64,000 nt of DNA, from the NCBI RefSeq assembly GCF_009914755.1, contig NC_060936.1; one strand, 5' to 3'. This stretch comes from the human T2T-CHM13v2.0 reference genome, Homo sapiens. The notes under the pieces are model-generated. The model was given only the letters and a program-made list of their open reading frames with translations. It made no database searches and was not told the origin of the DNA. Position numbers and translations under genes: made by a program. Positions 1-22,510 of the stretch are shown piece after piece; position 1 is the stretch's first letter, and every line of letters begins with the position of its first letter.

Positions 1-592
1 GCCTGGCTTTCTGTTGGAGAAAATCCTAGAGGAAAACAGAAACTCCCAAGGAGCTGGGTAGCCAAGAGAGGAGCCCAGACCTTCCATCTTCCATCTGGTG
101 ACCTGATGGTTCTGGCATTTGACTTCTCTGAAGATAAGAAACCCTGGGTATTACACATAAATTCCAATATCTGAATTGACAAAAGTACTCTCTCCAGGGT
201 AGATATGCTATCAGAGCTTAGATGTAAGGATGTTTTAAAAATTTCATTCACAGAGCTGAAGTGTCAGGCCCAGCAATATTTCTTTGGCCCTTGACGTCAG
301 TCCTGTGAGCTAGCTCTCCAGCACTAGGGACTATTCTTGTGTTTAGTTTTACCTCCTCTTTCTTGGGGTAGATCACAATCAAATAGCTCCCAGTTCCTTC
401 CTTTGGGAAGACAATGACCTTGCCTTCCCCACACACATCCATAAAGCACTACTCCTTGGACTCCACACCCCAGGTCCAGAATAGTCAGGGTGGCTACTCT
501 AGGACTAATCTCTCTTCCTATCTCCTGGTAAAATGGTTTTAGTAGATATTTGTCCCTAGCAGCTGTTAGTTTCCCCTCTCATCACTATATTA

Positions 593-907
<315 letters not shown>

Positions 908-1368
908 CTAGCCCAAGAATTCTTTAACTTTTTGCTTACACATTTGGGCCTTCCTTATTTTTCATAAGGAAAAATAAATTTTAACACTCTATTACTCTTT
1001 AATAGAGGGCAGGAATTGAAGCATCCTGAGATGAAGATAATTCAAAGACATCCAATACAGATGGCATAAATAGCAAAACTTTGAAAAGTATATTGTTCCC
1101 CAGCCTTGTTTTTAGGCTCAAATAAACACCCCATTAAGTAGAATGTATACCCTGATCACTTAGAATACTCAAGTTTCGAGGTGCCACTTAAAAATAAGGC
1201 AGATGCTGTACTTAGCTAGGGAAAAGGTATGTCTCTGGCAGGTGGGATCCCTTCACCAGGTCCATGAGATGGACTTAATTGGAAGCAAATACAGAATTGG
1301 AGATGGTCAATCAAACGGAAGCTCCTCAGTTCCTAGATCAGTTTCTGGTACATGGTAAGTGGGTAAAT

Positions 1369-1502
1369 GGTAGGTAAATGAGATATACTCCTTGAGTAAA
1401 GTAGGTAGGTAGGTAGGTAAATGAGAAATACTCTTTGAATAAAGAGTAGGCAAATGAGAAATACTCTTTGGTAGGTAAATGAGAAATACTCTGTGAATAA
1501 AG
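1369..1502 (+). repeat. Irregular tandem repeat: 4 x gtaggtaaatgagaaatactc with (GTAG)n
   Basis: Direct reading. Confidence 0.85.
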
Positions 1503-1504
1503 TA

Positions 1505-1801
1505 CAGTTGTCCCTTGGTATCCATGGAAGATTTTTTCTAGGCTCTCCTGAGGATCCCAAAATCAATAGAGGCTCAAGTTCCTTATATAAAATGATGTAG
1601 TATTGGCATATAACCTACATACATCCTACTATATACATTAAGTCATCTCTAGATTACTTAGAATACCTACCACAATGCACATGCTATGTAAATAGTTGCT
1701 ATACTGTATTTTAAAATTTGTATTTGTTTTTCTTTGAATATTTTAAATTTGTGGTTGGTTAAATTCATGGATATGAAATCTGTGGATATGGAGGGCTGAC
1801 T
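1505..1801 (+). mobile_element. MER2 (TcMar-Tigger MITE)
   Basis: ta|cagttgtcccttggtatccatgg...tggatatggagggctgac|ta; internal tctctagattactta. Confidence 0.85.
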
Positions 1802-2252
1802 ATACATATATATATATATAATTATGTATATGAGTAAATGTATGAATTTATTCATGTCACTTTGGAGCACTAGTCATGAGACAGTAAAATGTGGAAAATC
1901 CTGACTATATTGGTCTTTTGGTAGCCCTGCCCATGTCACTCAACATGTAGCTGTGGTAAAAGCAAGTTTTCAAGTTCCTGTCAAGACAGTTCAACACATT
2001 TCCTCTCTTCTGCTTCTCTGCCTCCCTCATTCCCTCTCTTCTTAAAGTTATGGGTTGTCAGAACTTTTATTGAAATGAAAACAAAATCTAAGTTGATACT
2101 CTAAGACATGAAAGAGTCAGAGTCTAACAAGTCCATTAATATTCTATTCTTTCCTCTGCAGTACTGCAAAGCATGTTTGGTGGTGATAAAGGAATAGTTT
2201 TGTTTTGATGGATACAAATAGTTATTATTTATTTCATGATCACCATGGTAAG

Positions 2253-2853
2253 TGTAAACCAAAAATAAAATTCCAACCACCTGAATGGACCCCTCCTCTC
2301 GGCCAAGGGCATTCCAAAGTTAACCCGAAAAACTAGTTTAGGCCATGATGGGAAGGGGGAGCCCAACATTACTCATTATTCCCTCCTCCTTTTTGGAATT
2401 ACTGATAGAATAATCTTTTAAAGTCTGATAAGAAACATTGACAGTCTATTCTCTGAAGCTTCCTACCTGGAGGCTTCATCTGCATGATAAAACCTTGGTC
2501 TCCACAACCTCTCATCTTAACCCAGACATTCCTTTTTATTGATTCTAAGTCTTTAGATAATAACAACTTTTTTAACCCATTACCAATCAGAAATTCGCTG
2601 AATCTACCTATGATCTGGAACTAACCACCCTAGTTGTGCTCCCTTTCTGGACTGAACCAATGTAGATCTTATATGTATTGATTGATGCCTTATGTTTCCC
2701 TAAAATTTATAAAAGCAAGTTGTAGCCTGACCACCTTGGGCACATGTTCTCAGGATCTCCTGAGGGCTGTGTCATGGGCTATTTGTCACTCATATTTGGC
2801 TCAGAATAAATCTTTTCAAGATATTTTACTGAGTTTCACCCTTTTCATTGCCA
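2253..2853 (+). mobile_element. MER4-family solo LTR (ERV1)
   Basis: TGTAAACCAAAAATAAAATTC start; gaccaccttgggcacatgttctcagga; cagaataaa; ends ...CA. Confidence 0.8.
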
Positions 2854-3152
2854 TAGATCTGGTATAGAAATTTTAAGAATGGGTCCTTAGTCCTTAAAAA
2901 GCTTGATTTAGTACAGGCAACACTCCAAGGACCTGGTTAGGCAAGACTGCTTGCCAGAGACATACTTTTTCCTTAGCCAAATATAACATCTATTAGAGAT
3001 AACCCGTGGTTCCATATGGTACTTGGTAACAGAGGCTGAGAGAGAATGGGTGTGGGGAGAGACAACAAGTGCTATAGGAGTACTTGATGATGTGGTAATC
3101 TTCCTTGAGTATTCTGCCATGACATTCAGTTTTTATATATAAGATCCAGGCA

Positions 3153-3482
3153 CAGTTGTCACTGGGTATTCATGGGGGGTTGGTTCCAGGACCTCCCACA
3201 GATACCAAAATCCAGAGATGCTCAATTCCCTGATATAAAATGGCATTGCATTTGCCTAAAACCTTGGAATCTCCTCCTGTATACTTTATATCCTCACTAG
3301 ATTACTTATAACACCTAATACAATATAAATGCTATGTAAATCTTTGTCGTATTGTTTAGGGAATAATGACAAGAAAAAGTCTGTACCTGTTTAGTCACAG
3401 ACGCAATTTTTTTTCAAATATTTTCTATTCATGGTTGTTTGAATCCACTGATGGGGCACCTATGGATATGGAGGGCTGGCTG
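3153..3482 (+). mobile_element. MER2 (TcMar-Tigger MITE)
   Basis: cagttgtcactgggtattcatgggggg-ttggttccaggacc...gagggctggctg|ta. Confidence 0.85.
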
Positions 3483-3974
3483 TATTTCATCAAATTTCAG
3501 TGTAAAGGATGGCAGGGTAATGACTCACCTAGATGATACTTTTATAGTTCCTCCTGTTTCCTTCCTTTGGTGGATGAAGGAAATGCTGTCATACTCAGAA
3601 GTTGAGAGTGGGCAGTTACTTGCCTCAGTAAATGGCCACTCCATCCTCCTATGGCTTAGGCCATAGTCTTGAGTTCATCTTTTCTCCCAAATGCTCTATC
3701 AAGTTCTGTTAGCGTTTATAACAAAAATATACACAAGGCAATAGAAACGTTGCTATCTTGTTAGGGGTATGTTCATTTGTCAGAATGCATCAAACTGTGC
3801 AGCAAAGAGCTGTGCATTTTACTCTCTAAATTATAACTTAATTCATATGTGTAATGCATCCTAATATGTATGGTAATATACATTTTATATTCAGAATATA
3901 TATATAGCAATATGCATTTTATGTATGTATATATACATATTTACTATATGTGTATTCACACATACGTACATAGC

Positions 3975-5350
<1,376 letters not shown>

Positions 5351-5402
5351 AGAGAAGAGTCTGTGCACTTTCAGGAGGCTGTAGGATAAGGTAGGTTAGG
5401 GA

Positions 5403-5605
5403 AGGGGCTGGAAACATTTTCTGCAAAGAGCCAGATAGTAAATATTTTAGGCTTCGTGAGTTACAACTACTCAACTTTGCTGTTGTGGCATGAAAGCCAC
5501 CATAGATGATACGTAAACGAATGAATGTGACTGTGTTCCAAAGAAACTTTATAAAAACAGGCAGTGGGCTAGATTTGACCATAGGTCATAGTTTGCCAAC
5601 TCCTG
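5403..5605 (+). mobile_element. MER58-type hAT-Charlie MITE
   Basis: aaagagccagatagtaaatattttaggct...tagtttgccaactcctg. Confidence 0.8.
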
Positions 5606-7625
5606 GGTTGGGGAATAATTTTTGGCCTTACTTTCCCCCTCATTACTCCTCCCTTCAGCCAGCAATTAGTGCTATTCACTCAGAACTGAAATATGAATAA
5701 TTTGAAAAGCATTACATTACCCCTTAGTATTTGGCTCAGTATACAAATTTTCCATATGTCTCTTAATATTTTATTAGGAAATAACAATGTTAAGAATATA
5801 TTTTGAACTTTCCAGCTGTACAGTTTCAGGGCTCTGGTTTTCATTTCTCTTCTCCAACAGCCGAAAACTGGTGATTCTGGCCAGGAGCACGTGTGCTATA
5901 AAGGAACAAGCAGTGTTGGCATTCCTCTTACTGTATGGCCAAGAGTGTAACTGACACCCAGTTGGAATAGAAACCAACAGAAATTACCTACAAGACAAAC
6001 TGTTGAGTTTATAAGATTATTTATGAAAACTTATTCCTCCACAAAACTGTTTCCTAGCCCACAGTTTTTACCAGTCTTCCCAATCAATTTTATATGCTAG
6101 CAAGTTTCTTCCAGCTTTTTAATACAGTGAGTTTTGACCATGTGACAAACTGAAACTTTAACACAAATTATATAGCTTTTATTGGTGTAATTAAAGCAGG
6201 TCAGATGATGCATCATAATTAGGCAAATAAGCAGTCCAACTATGTGACTGCAACTGATGTAAATTTTATGCAACCAGAAATGGTTTTTGTGTCACCTCTT
6301 CTGAACTTAGCAGCCCATCCTTATTGTCGGTGCTAACAGTTTTCCACTTGCCGTTTAATTGTCTTCATCATTTTATATGTGTGGAAAGAACAAACCTGGA
6401 CCATACTCCCCATTTGTTGGGGTTTTCTTGCTCCCTGTGTTGCGCCTTTTTACAGCTGTGGTCCATGGCTGCGGTTTCCAATCAGAGTGTGATGTAACCT
6501 ACTCCCAAGACACCTGGCCAATGTGCCTCATTTTGTTTTCCATCATGAATTAATCTGTTTTCTAAAATTCAATTTAAAAAGAAAATTGAGTTGCCAGCAG
6601 AACTATCACATAATTGGATATCACAGCAAGGTCAAGTTGCTATGCAGTTGTTAAAGTGGTTATTCTCAATTTCTGTACTTATAGTAGACCAGCAACAGTT
6701 CGTGCACCAGCTCCAGTCCACAGACCACATTCTAAGCAACACCACTTCAGAGCAGTGGTTTTCAAACGTTTTTATCCCAGTATAAAGTATGCATTCTTAG
6801 GTTGTAAAACACATGAGTGTGTACATGCCTGTGCAGACACACACACACACATACTCTGAAACCACTGGAATGTCAGCCACCTAAAGGCAGAGCTTCGCTT
6901 TTCTTGGTCTTTTTCACTGTTCTGCCTCTAATACCTGGCACATAGGAGGCCCTCAATCAATATTTGTTGCAGGTACGTGTGTGTGTATGTGTGTGTCTGA
7001 ATAATCAAATCAGAATTTTCACACGATAATGCTTAACCTTTACTTCTGATGAACTACTCTTTTGTTGTCTATTTAATACAAAGAAATGCTGATTTCAATC
7101 TATTAATTCTATTTCAGTATGTTCCAATTTTAGCAGTTGTGACCCACGATTTATAAAACATTCCTTTAGAAGGTGCTTGTGTATAGGAATTTGTTATTCT
7201 TTTCTTCTTCAGAACTATGAGTAGCTGTTGCTCACTCCTGTCTTCCTATAGGTATACATATCCCAGAACTGTTTACATCTAGGAAGCAGTCCATGTAGCC
7301 TGCATACATTAGGTTGGTAGGCCTGTGAAGGAAAATAGAGATAGATGAGTCTCCAGGTTTTTAAGAGCTAAAAAGAAGGGAAGAATGAGGTTAGAGTTCG
7401 AGTGGTTAGAGCAATAACAAGTTGAAACAGACCCACCGATACTCCTCCATAATACTGGGGACTAAGTTTGCAAACTCTTAGGAATAATGTCATTCTAAAA
7501 TAGTACAATGAATTTGATTCACCTACATCTCGAAGAGCATGAAATTTCACTTTTTAAGATTGTGCATAGCAAGGCTGATAGCAATAATCACGTTTATCTA
7601 AATGTATCTTAAAAGTTAAGGTCAT

Positions 7626-7920
<295 letters not shown>

Positions 7921-9200
7921 TATCAAACAAAAACAAGTAAAGGTCAGGATGTAGTTTTCTGAATTACGCATATAGGATCTGGAGTACTTAAGACATCAGA
8001 GCGTGTATGTGTTTGCAGAGCCACTGAGTCATAGCTGCACACAGCAAGCATTTGGTGTCTACCACACTAGATTATGGGGAACAGATAGCAGAAACACAGT
8101 CTGTTTTCAAGGAGTGCACAGCTTTGTCCAGGAGACAATCACTGTAAAATCAGGGCTGTCATGGTGGTGGCAGTCGGGCTGGCCTTGGAGGAAAGAATGC
8201 CTGACCCACCTTGAAAACATGTGTCCCAGGACATAGAAGAGGGCCCAAGAAGTAGGGGGATCAGTGCGTGTCATGGCACAGAGGTGAGAGGTTAGAAATG
8301 TCTTCCAAGGAGGGCATGTCTTTGCAGTATGGTGGGAGGCTGGCAGTCCTGTACATAGTTTATAGTTTGGATTAGAAACATGTGAGGGAGGTCAAGGTTG
8401 GTGATCCCAGTCAAGGCCTAATAGTTGTTTGTTAAATACCTACTGAATGAGTGAGAGGAATACATGGGAACAACATGGGTTTTGGACTCAAATCTCACTT
8501 CTTCAGTGACCTTGAACAAATTCCTAACTTCTCCATGTAGTCATAACAATAGCTAGTAAGAGTAGATATCGAGAAATGGGGCTTTCTTTCAACTTATCAC
8601 AAGATCTTCAAATCTACTGACATTTAATACACATCAGTTTTTCAATAGCAGCAGCATCCTTTATTTGAGAAGTAAAAGATCTTGGCTTATTGTATAAACC
8701 TTTTCATCAACTCTCTTCTGGTTATTCCTAAGCATTAATAGCAGAGAGCCAGAGGGCTCATTTCCTTTTACCTCATCCTATTTTCCCTTGCTGCTTCATT
8801 TATTTGATTACTTACTAGCTTTGCTTTTTTGTATTTTGTGGCATTTCATTGTAGTGAACAAGAGAAGTAACTTTTACTAATGTATTGTCATTAATACGCC
8901 CTCTTTTGTACTCTGCCTTATAATCCTCTGTGAGCAGGTGTTTCATTTTCTGAATGTGCGTGTGCATGTGTGTGTTTGTGTTTGTGAGGGTGGTTAAAAT
9001 AACAAGTATTGTGTTATTTGGTTTATAAATATTTGGTGAGCCCTTAGTATGCTTGAGGTTATGGTAGAGAAATAAAATATCTAAGACAATATATCATGGT
9101 TGAAGGTGTTTGAAAATTTTATGGTTTAAATATATGGATAAAAATGGAAATGTTTTATTATGGAAAGCTTCAAATATATAAAAACATAGATAGAATACCC

Positions 9201-9476
9201 AGCTGGGTGCAGTGGCTCACACTTGTATTCCCAGTACTTGGGAGGCTGAGGTGAGCGTATCGCTTGAACCCAAGAGTTCAAGACCAGCCTGGGCAACATG
9301 GCGAAACCCTGTCTCTACAAAAAATACAAAAATTAGCCAGGTGTGGTAGCCCCAGCTACTTGGGAGGCTGAGATGGGGGTATTGCTTGAGCCTGGAGAAG
9401 TTAAGGCTGCAGTGAGCCATGTTTGCACCACTGCACTACAGCCTGGGCGATAGAATGAGACTCTGTTTCAAAAAAT
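9201..9476 (+). mobile_element. AluJ
   Basis: Alu consensus; flanking repeat atagatagaata. Confidence 0.9.
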
Positions 9477-9776
9477 ATATGTATAGATAGATAGAATAGT
9501 ATAGTGTACCCTCAAATACCATCACCCATTTTCAACAATTATCAACTTATGGCTAATCTTGTTTTATCAATATCTTTACCCTATTTTCTTCTATTTTATT
9601 TTAAAACAAATTCGAAATATATTATTTCATCTATGAGTATTTTGCTACTTGGCTCTAAAAAATAAGGACTCAACAAAGATAAGTTATAATAGCATTATTA
9701 ATAACCTTAGAATGACAGTAATTCCTTAATATCAAATACATGCTGTTCAAGTTTCCAGTTATACCATCCACTCTAA

Positions 9777-10075
<299 letters not shown>

Positions 10076-10771
10076 TTATTTTACAGTTTGAAGCCTCCTG
10101 AGGAGGCTGAGTTGGGAGGATCACTTGAGCCCAGGAGTTTAAGGCTAGCCTGGGTAATACAGCCAAACCCCATTAAAAAAAATGTGTGTTGTAACATTAG
10201 GTATCGCCCCTGCTGCCAACACTCCTGACCTTTTCCGGTTTCATCACTTCCCCTGCCCTCGTTTTGCCCTTTCCAAGTGATTCTGAATTAATTTTCTAGG
10301 GATGTTGGAGCAGATTGGTGGTGAGAAGGGTTTGGGCTAATAGAGTGGGGAGGAAAAAAGTATGTGATGACAGATACATAGCAGAGAACCAGAAAACAAG
10401 GAGGGTTGTATTTAAGAATCTCTAAAATGTTGCAGACATATGAACCTATAGTGGTTGAGGTTTAAAGGGAGAGATTTTTTGAATTAAAACCTGAATGGCT
10501 TCTTCAGAGCTGTTATTTTGGGATCAAAAGTAAGAAACTGAGGTGTGGGGAGAGGAATTCTACCCTTATTTTTTACTTTGGTAGCCAATTTCCACCTCAT
10601 CTGGGCAGGGCTTTTTGTCCCAAGGAGGAAAGGCCTCAGTGTGTGTGAGTCTAGTGATTGAGTGCGCCTCAGAGCCAGTGGGAGGGCTCGGAAAAACACA
10701 GATTGCTGGGCCTGCCCCTGAAGTTTCTGATTCAGCAGACCTAGGGTGGGGTCCAGGGATTTGCATTTCTT

Positions 10772-11115
<344 letters not shown>

Positions 11116-11179
11116 TGATGCTGTTTTTCCAAAACACAGACCTATTAGTGCCTGCTTCTCCCTTTTGATCTGTTTTGTT

Positions 11180-11420
11180 TTTTATTTTAAATTAATTTTT
11201 ATGAGTACATAGTAGGTGTGAGTCTTTATGGGGTACATGAGATATTTTGATACAGGCATACATCACGTAATAATCACATCAGGGTAAATGGGGTGTCTGT
11301 CACCTCAAGCATCTATCATTTCTTTGTGTTATGGACATTCCAATTATATTCTTTTAGTTATTTATAAATGTACAGTAAGTTATTGTTGACAGTTTTCACC
11401 CTGTTGTGCTACCAAATATG
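11180..11420 (-). mobile_element. L1MA-type 3' end
   Basis: gggtacatgagatattttgatacaggcata...tattcttttagttattt. Confidence 0.75.
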
Positions 11421-12328
11421 ATCTGATTTTTAGATAGTTTATCTTTGCTAAGATTGTATTGCTGCACACATTGGCAATCATTGTGTAATTGATTAACCTT
11501 CTGAAGCAGCTTCTTGCTGGAAAAAAAATTAAAAACTAAACTGTTGAGAAATGTATGAGTAATTTGTGTGAAAAGATACTCTATTTTCATAATGACCACA
11601 GAATACTGTGGCGTTCTACCAGCCTAGTCGAATGTATGTGAACATTCTCCCTTCTTCTGAAGATTTCTTCTAAGTGTCTTAGTCTCAGTGAATTGTATCT
11701 ATCTTGGGTAAGAAGTTCAGGGTTCTCTTTCAAACCCAAGCATTTTACCTAAAGAAAGCTGAGAAAGCTAGGACAGATGTAATTCTCACAAAAGTTCGAA
11801 AGAAACTTGCTGATTTTCTTATGGCCTTTCTTTTCTTCACAGAAATTCTGGGTAGCGAGCCTGACCTAAGACATCAGTTAGTCAGCAACCCTGCAAAAAA
11901 TTACAGTGTCCTGCCAATGCTTTAGCCACCACACCCATCACACCCATGCCTGGAACTTTCCTTGATATTTCACCCCATTCAAATCTGCTCTAAATAGTTC
12001 CTGACCAAACCTGAAATATACCCTAAACATACTTCTGTTGGGTCTTTTTTTTTTTTTTTTGGTCTCTTACTATAATATTTGAATCTTACCTCCAATAACT
12101 TGCTTATCTAAAACTTTACTAAATTTATTTTTATTAAGCCATTGGAATAAGAAACCACTAGCCTGAGAACTCCTGCAAACAGAGCTCATTTCTCTGTTTA
12201 CATCACCCAACAAATAAGAGGCTTCTCCAGTTCGAACTATGACTTTGAACCCCAGCTTCACTCCTTTGTTGTGGTAGTGATTAATGTATTTCCTGGTACC
12301 TTTTTCTTTAGCAAGTCATTCAAAGAAG

Positions 12329-12392
12329 CACTTAGCCACTTAGAATCCACTTAGCACTTAGCCACTTAGCACTTAGCCACTTAGCCACTTAG
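12329..12392 (+). repeat. 8 x CACTTAG minisatellite-like array
   Basis: Units start at 12329, 12337, 12348, 12355, 12363, 12370, 12378, 12386. Confidence 0.95.
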
Positions 12393-12457
12393 AATCCAGA
12401 AATAAATTTAGTACTTTGTGAGAATTACTGGATGGTGAAATTTTTTGTTCTTTGGAA

Positions 12458-12753
12458 TTTTTTTTTCTTTTTATTGAGACAGGGTCTTTATCACCCAGGC
12501 TGGAGTGCAGTGGCACAATCACAGCTCACTGCAGCCTTGGGCTCCTGGGCTCAAGTGATCCACCCACTTCAGCCTCCTGAGCAGCTGGGACTACAGGCAC
12601 ATGCCACCACACCCAGCTTATTTTGTATTATTTTTTGTAGAGACAGGGTCTCACTATGTGGCCCAGGCTGGTCTCAAACTCCTGGGCTCTAGCGACCCTC
12701 CTGCCTTGGCCTCCCACAGTAGCAGGATTATAGGTGTGAGCCACTTTGCCTGG
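12458..12753 (-). mobile_element. AluJ
   Basis: Alu consensus. Confidence 0.9.
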
Positions 12754-13589
12754 CTTGGATGGCAAAGTTGTAATTTTCTAAGTGGTTTGTCCACCCAAAG
12801 GACTCAGTTATAACTAGCAGGTTTCTGGGTAAGCAAATAATGGGAAGAAATGGAGCTGGATATTCTGAGCCTTTTATTTTGGACCATAGGTTCATATAAT
12901 TGGATTATTCATGATCCTTGATTCGTGACATATTGTCATTATAGTCTAAGGTGCAGAGGTCCATGCATGTCCGACCTCATTTATTATTTATTTAGTTCAT
13001 TTTTAAATGGGATTTATATTTCTAATTTCTAACCATCAACTTCTCTTTCCTAATTTTTCAAATACAAAAGTTTTATTTGGAAAGTAATCCTAGGAAAGAC
13101 TTAGAGAAATAAAGAAGATAACTCATAAGTGATGCATTATCAAACAGGTTACCACTCTGAGTAGATCTTAATTGTCTAGATAATTCTGGGAACCAATGTA
13201 GATTACATGAATCAGAATTAGCTCTTTCTAGGGGGAAAGTGTGCTGGAATATTTAAAGCTGATAACTTTAAATATTAAAGGGACATTAATTCTCTGGCAT
13301 TTTCAGATCACCACATGCAATGGCAGAGGGCTCCCTGAAATCTTGGACAGTTAAAAGTTGGGCTGGCATGCATGGAATTACAGAGGGCACCAATTACATC
13401 TGCCTCAGTTAGAAGCTAAACAGTATTATTAATTCATCTGTTTCAAAGGCATTCCCAATTAATTTAGTTCTAAATGAATTTTATGCTTTCAATATTTAGC
13501 CAACAATGAATGGTTCCTTCCTAGTTAAAATAAAGAACTTAAATGGGATTGACATTGGGATTCTTAATGCCTGACAAGCTTTAAAGACC

Positions 13590-15150
13590 ATTGCATAGTT
13601 TGATGAGCAATTGCCAAAGTTTATACATTGGCAAATGTATAAACTTGTGTAACTTATATCTCAATCAAGATATTAACCAGAAATTCCACTGGTGTCTCCT
13701 TTCAGTCACTCACCATTTTCTGTAAGTAATTATTGCTCTACCTTCTATCATAGGTTGCCTGTTCTTGAATTTCATATAAAAGTATCATACAGTACATGGT
13801 CCTTTCTGTCTGGCTTCTTTTGCTCAACATAATGTTGCATGTATTATTTGTTCCATCTCTCTACTGTAGAATAATATTCCATCGTATTAGAATGATATTT
13901 CATTGTGTTAATTATGTGAGGAAGCCCAGGGAATCTTCCTCTCAGAAATATTTATGAAGAGTTAAGAAAGTCTTTTTAGAGACCAGGGGATTTTCTAAAG
14001 CTTTTTTATTTAGCCTTTTCATTTTTAAAAATACGTTGACCTAGCCCTGAAAATTAACATAGCTTTATCAACACAGATGCCTAATAAATTAGGCTGCCTC
14101 TAAAATAGCTCAAACCACGGGCAAGGCAGAATTTTAATAAATATGGACGGTCTGTTCTTAGTACTTCACCACATCAGGTTGTGTGTTTCTTATTCTTCTG
14201 TGTAGTTCTTTAAAACCCATTTGAAATTTATCGAAACTGATTCTGTGGCCTTGCGTATATGCCTTATCCTGGTGAATATAATGTGTAGACTTGAATGTAT
14301 ATTCTGCCTTTGGGTGTTCTGTTCTATAAATTGAATTAGGTCAAGATGGTTGATAATATTTTCAAATCTTGTGTGTTACTGAGTTTTTTTTCCTACCATA
14401 TCTGTCAATTCAAAAGAAGGTTGAAAAAGAACAAGTGATAGATGGGACAAACAGAAAAGAAATAGCAGGGCAATAGACTTAAATCCAACCTTATCAGTAG
14501 ATTTAAATCCAACCAGGTCAATCATATTTATATTATGTTAAATATAAGTGGATTAAATTTGTCTAATTCTCCCTTAACACTATCAGTTTTTGCTTCATGT
14601 ATTTGGAGGTTCTATTACTAGTTGCAAAAACATTTGTGCTTGTTATGACTTCCTGATGAATTAACACTTATCATTGTAAAATATCTTTCTTTCTAGTCAT
14701 ACTTCCTGATTTGTAGTTTCGTAATATACCCACTCCTGCTTTCCTGTGCTTACATATGTATGTTATCTCATTTTTCATCCTTTTACTATTATATTTCTTT
14801 ATATTTAAAGTCTCTATTAACAGCACGTAATTAGGACTTAAAAAACTAATCTGATGATCTCTGGCTCTTATCAGTGTTTATTGCATTTTTACTTAATGTA
14901 ATTTTTAAAAGTTATTTAAAAAATTGTTTTATTTTAGTAGCTTTAGGGGTACAAGTGGCTTTGGTTACATGGATGAATTGTATAGTGGAAGTCTGAGATT
15001 TTAGGGCTCCTGTCACCTGAATAGTGAACATTGTACCTAATAGGTAGTTTTTCATCCTTACCTCCCTCTCACTCTCCCTGCTTCTGAGTCTCCACTGTCC
15101 ATTATACCACTCTGTATGCCTTTGCATACCCATGGCTTAGCTCCAACTTA
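13590..15150 (-). mobile_element. Mosaic of old L1M fragments plus an L1PB/MA 3' end (14912-15150)
   Basis: gtctggcttcttttgctcaacataatg; ttttgcttcatgtatttggagg; ggggtacaagtggctttggttacatggatgaattgtatagtgg. Confidence 0.65.
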
Positions 15151-16307
15151 TGCAATACTTAATCCGATTATTTATATGCTTCAGTTTAAGTCTACCACCT
15201 TGGCTATTGATTTTTCTTTCTCCTGTGTGTCTATTGTTCCTTCATTACTGCCTTTGGATTTAGTAAAATTGAGCTGATTTTATCAGGCTGATTTTATCAG
15301 CCTGATAAAATCCAGGCTGAGGCTGGAGGGTTGTATGAGCCCAGGTATTCAAGACCAGCCAACTGGCAACATAGTGAGACCTTGTCTCAAAAAATAAACA
15401 AAAAGTAAAGATTCCGTGAATTCGTATTCTCTACAACACTTGGCTATGTCAATTTTTTTCACTAATTGGGTATAAAACATTATCACATTCCTTTAGATTC
15501 CTCATTTATTAATGATATTAAGCACCTCTTCATATTTTTATTGGTTGAAAACATTTCTTCTGCCAAATGATTGTTCATATCCTCATGCCTCCCATTTTTT
15601 CCTTGATTTCTAGGAATTCTACACTTGGAATACCACTGAACTGGACCACTTATATTTGACTACTTTTGACTTATTAGAGAAATCTTTGGCCTTTGATTCT
15701 ATCACCAGTACCTGGCTACCTGTTTAATTTGGAAAGCCTTCCAAATTGGGCCCCCTTATCCTACTCCATTTTTTCCTCTTAGCACCTACCACCTTCGCCA
15801 TGTTACATACGTGTTTATTACTTGTATGTACTGTCTTTCCCTTACTGGTGCATGTAGGTTGCTACATGATAAATATAGAGATTAAGAGTTAGCATTTTGA
15901 ACTTTCAAAGCAATTTAAACATTGTCATAATATTTTTATTAAATGATGGGATTGGTCTCCAATGAACTGGAAATTTTTTTAAGAACTAGTTCTTCACTAC
16001 TTTGAAAAGCATGGTGTAGATTGTCTCATACCTTCATGTAATAGCATTTGAAAGGCTCATTGAACAGAACAGAGAAGAACTCGATAACTATTATACCTAT
16101 CAGACTTGAAAAAGTGTTCATGCTCTACACAAAATATAGTTGCTAACAAAGATGAATTTTTTTTCTAATTTAGTGAGATGATATGTATTTCTAATATGGG
16201 CATTACTTTGTGTTATTGGTATTCCCATGTTTATAGTTGAGCCTGGTATGTGTCCCTTTGTTTTATGTATACACATACATAAATGTATCTATACAAAATA
16301 CTTTTTT

Positions 16308-22510
<6,203 letters not shown>

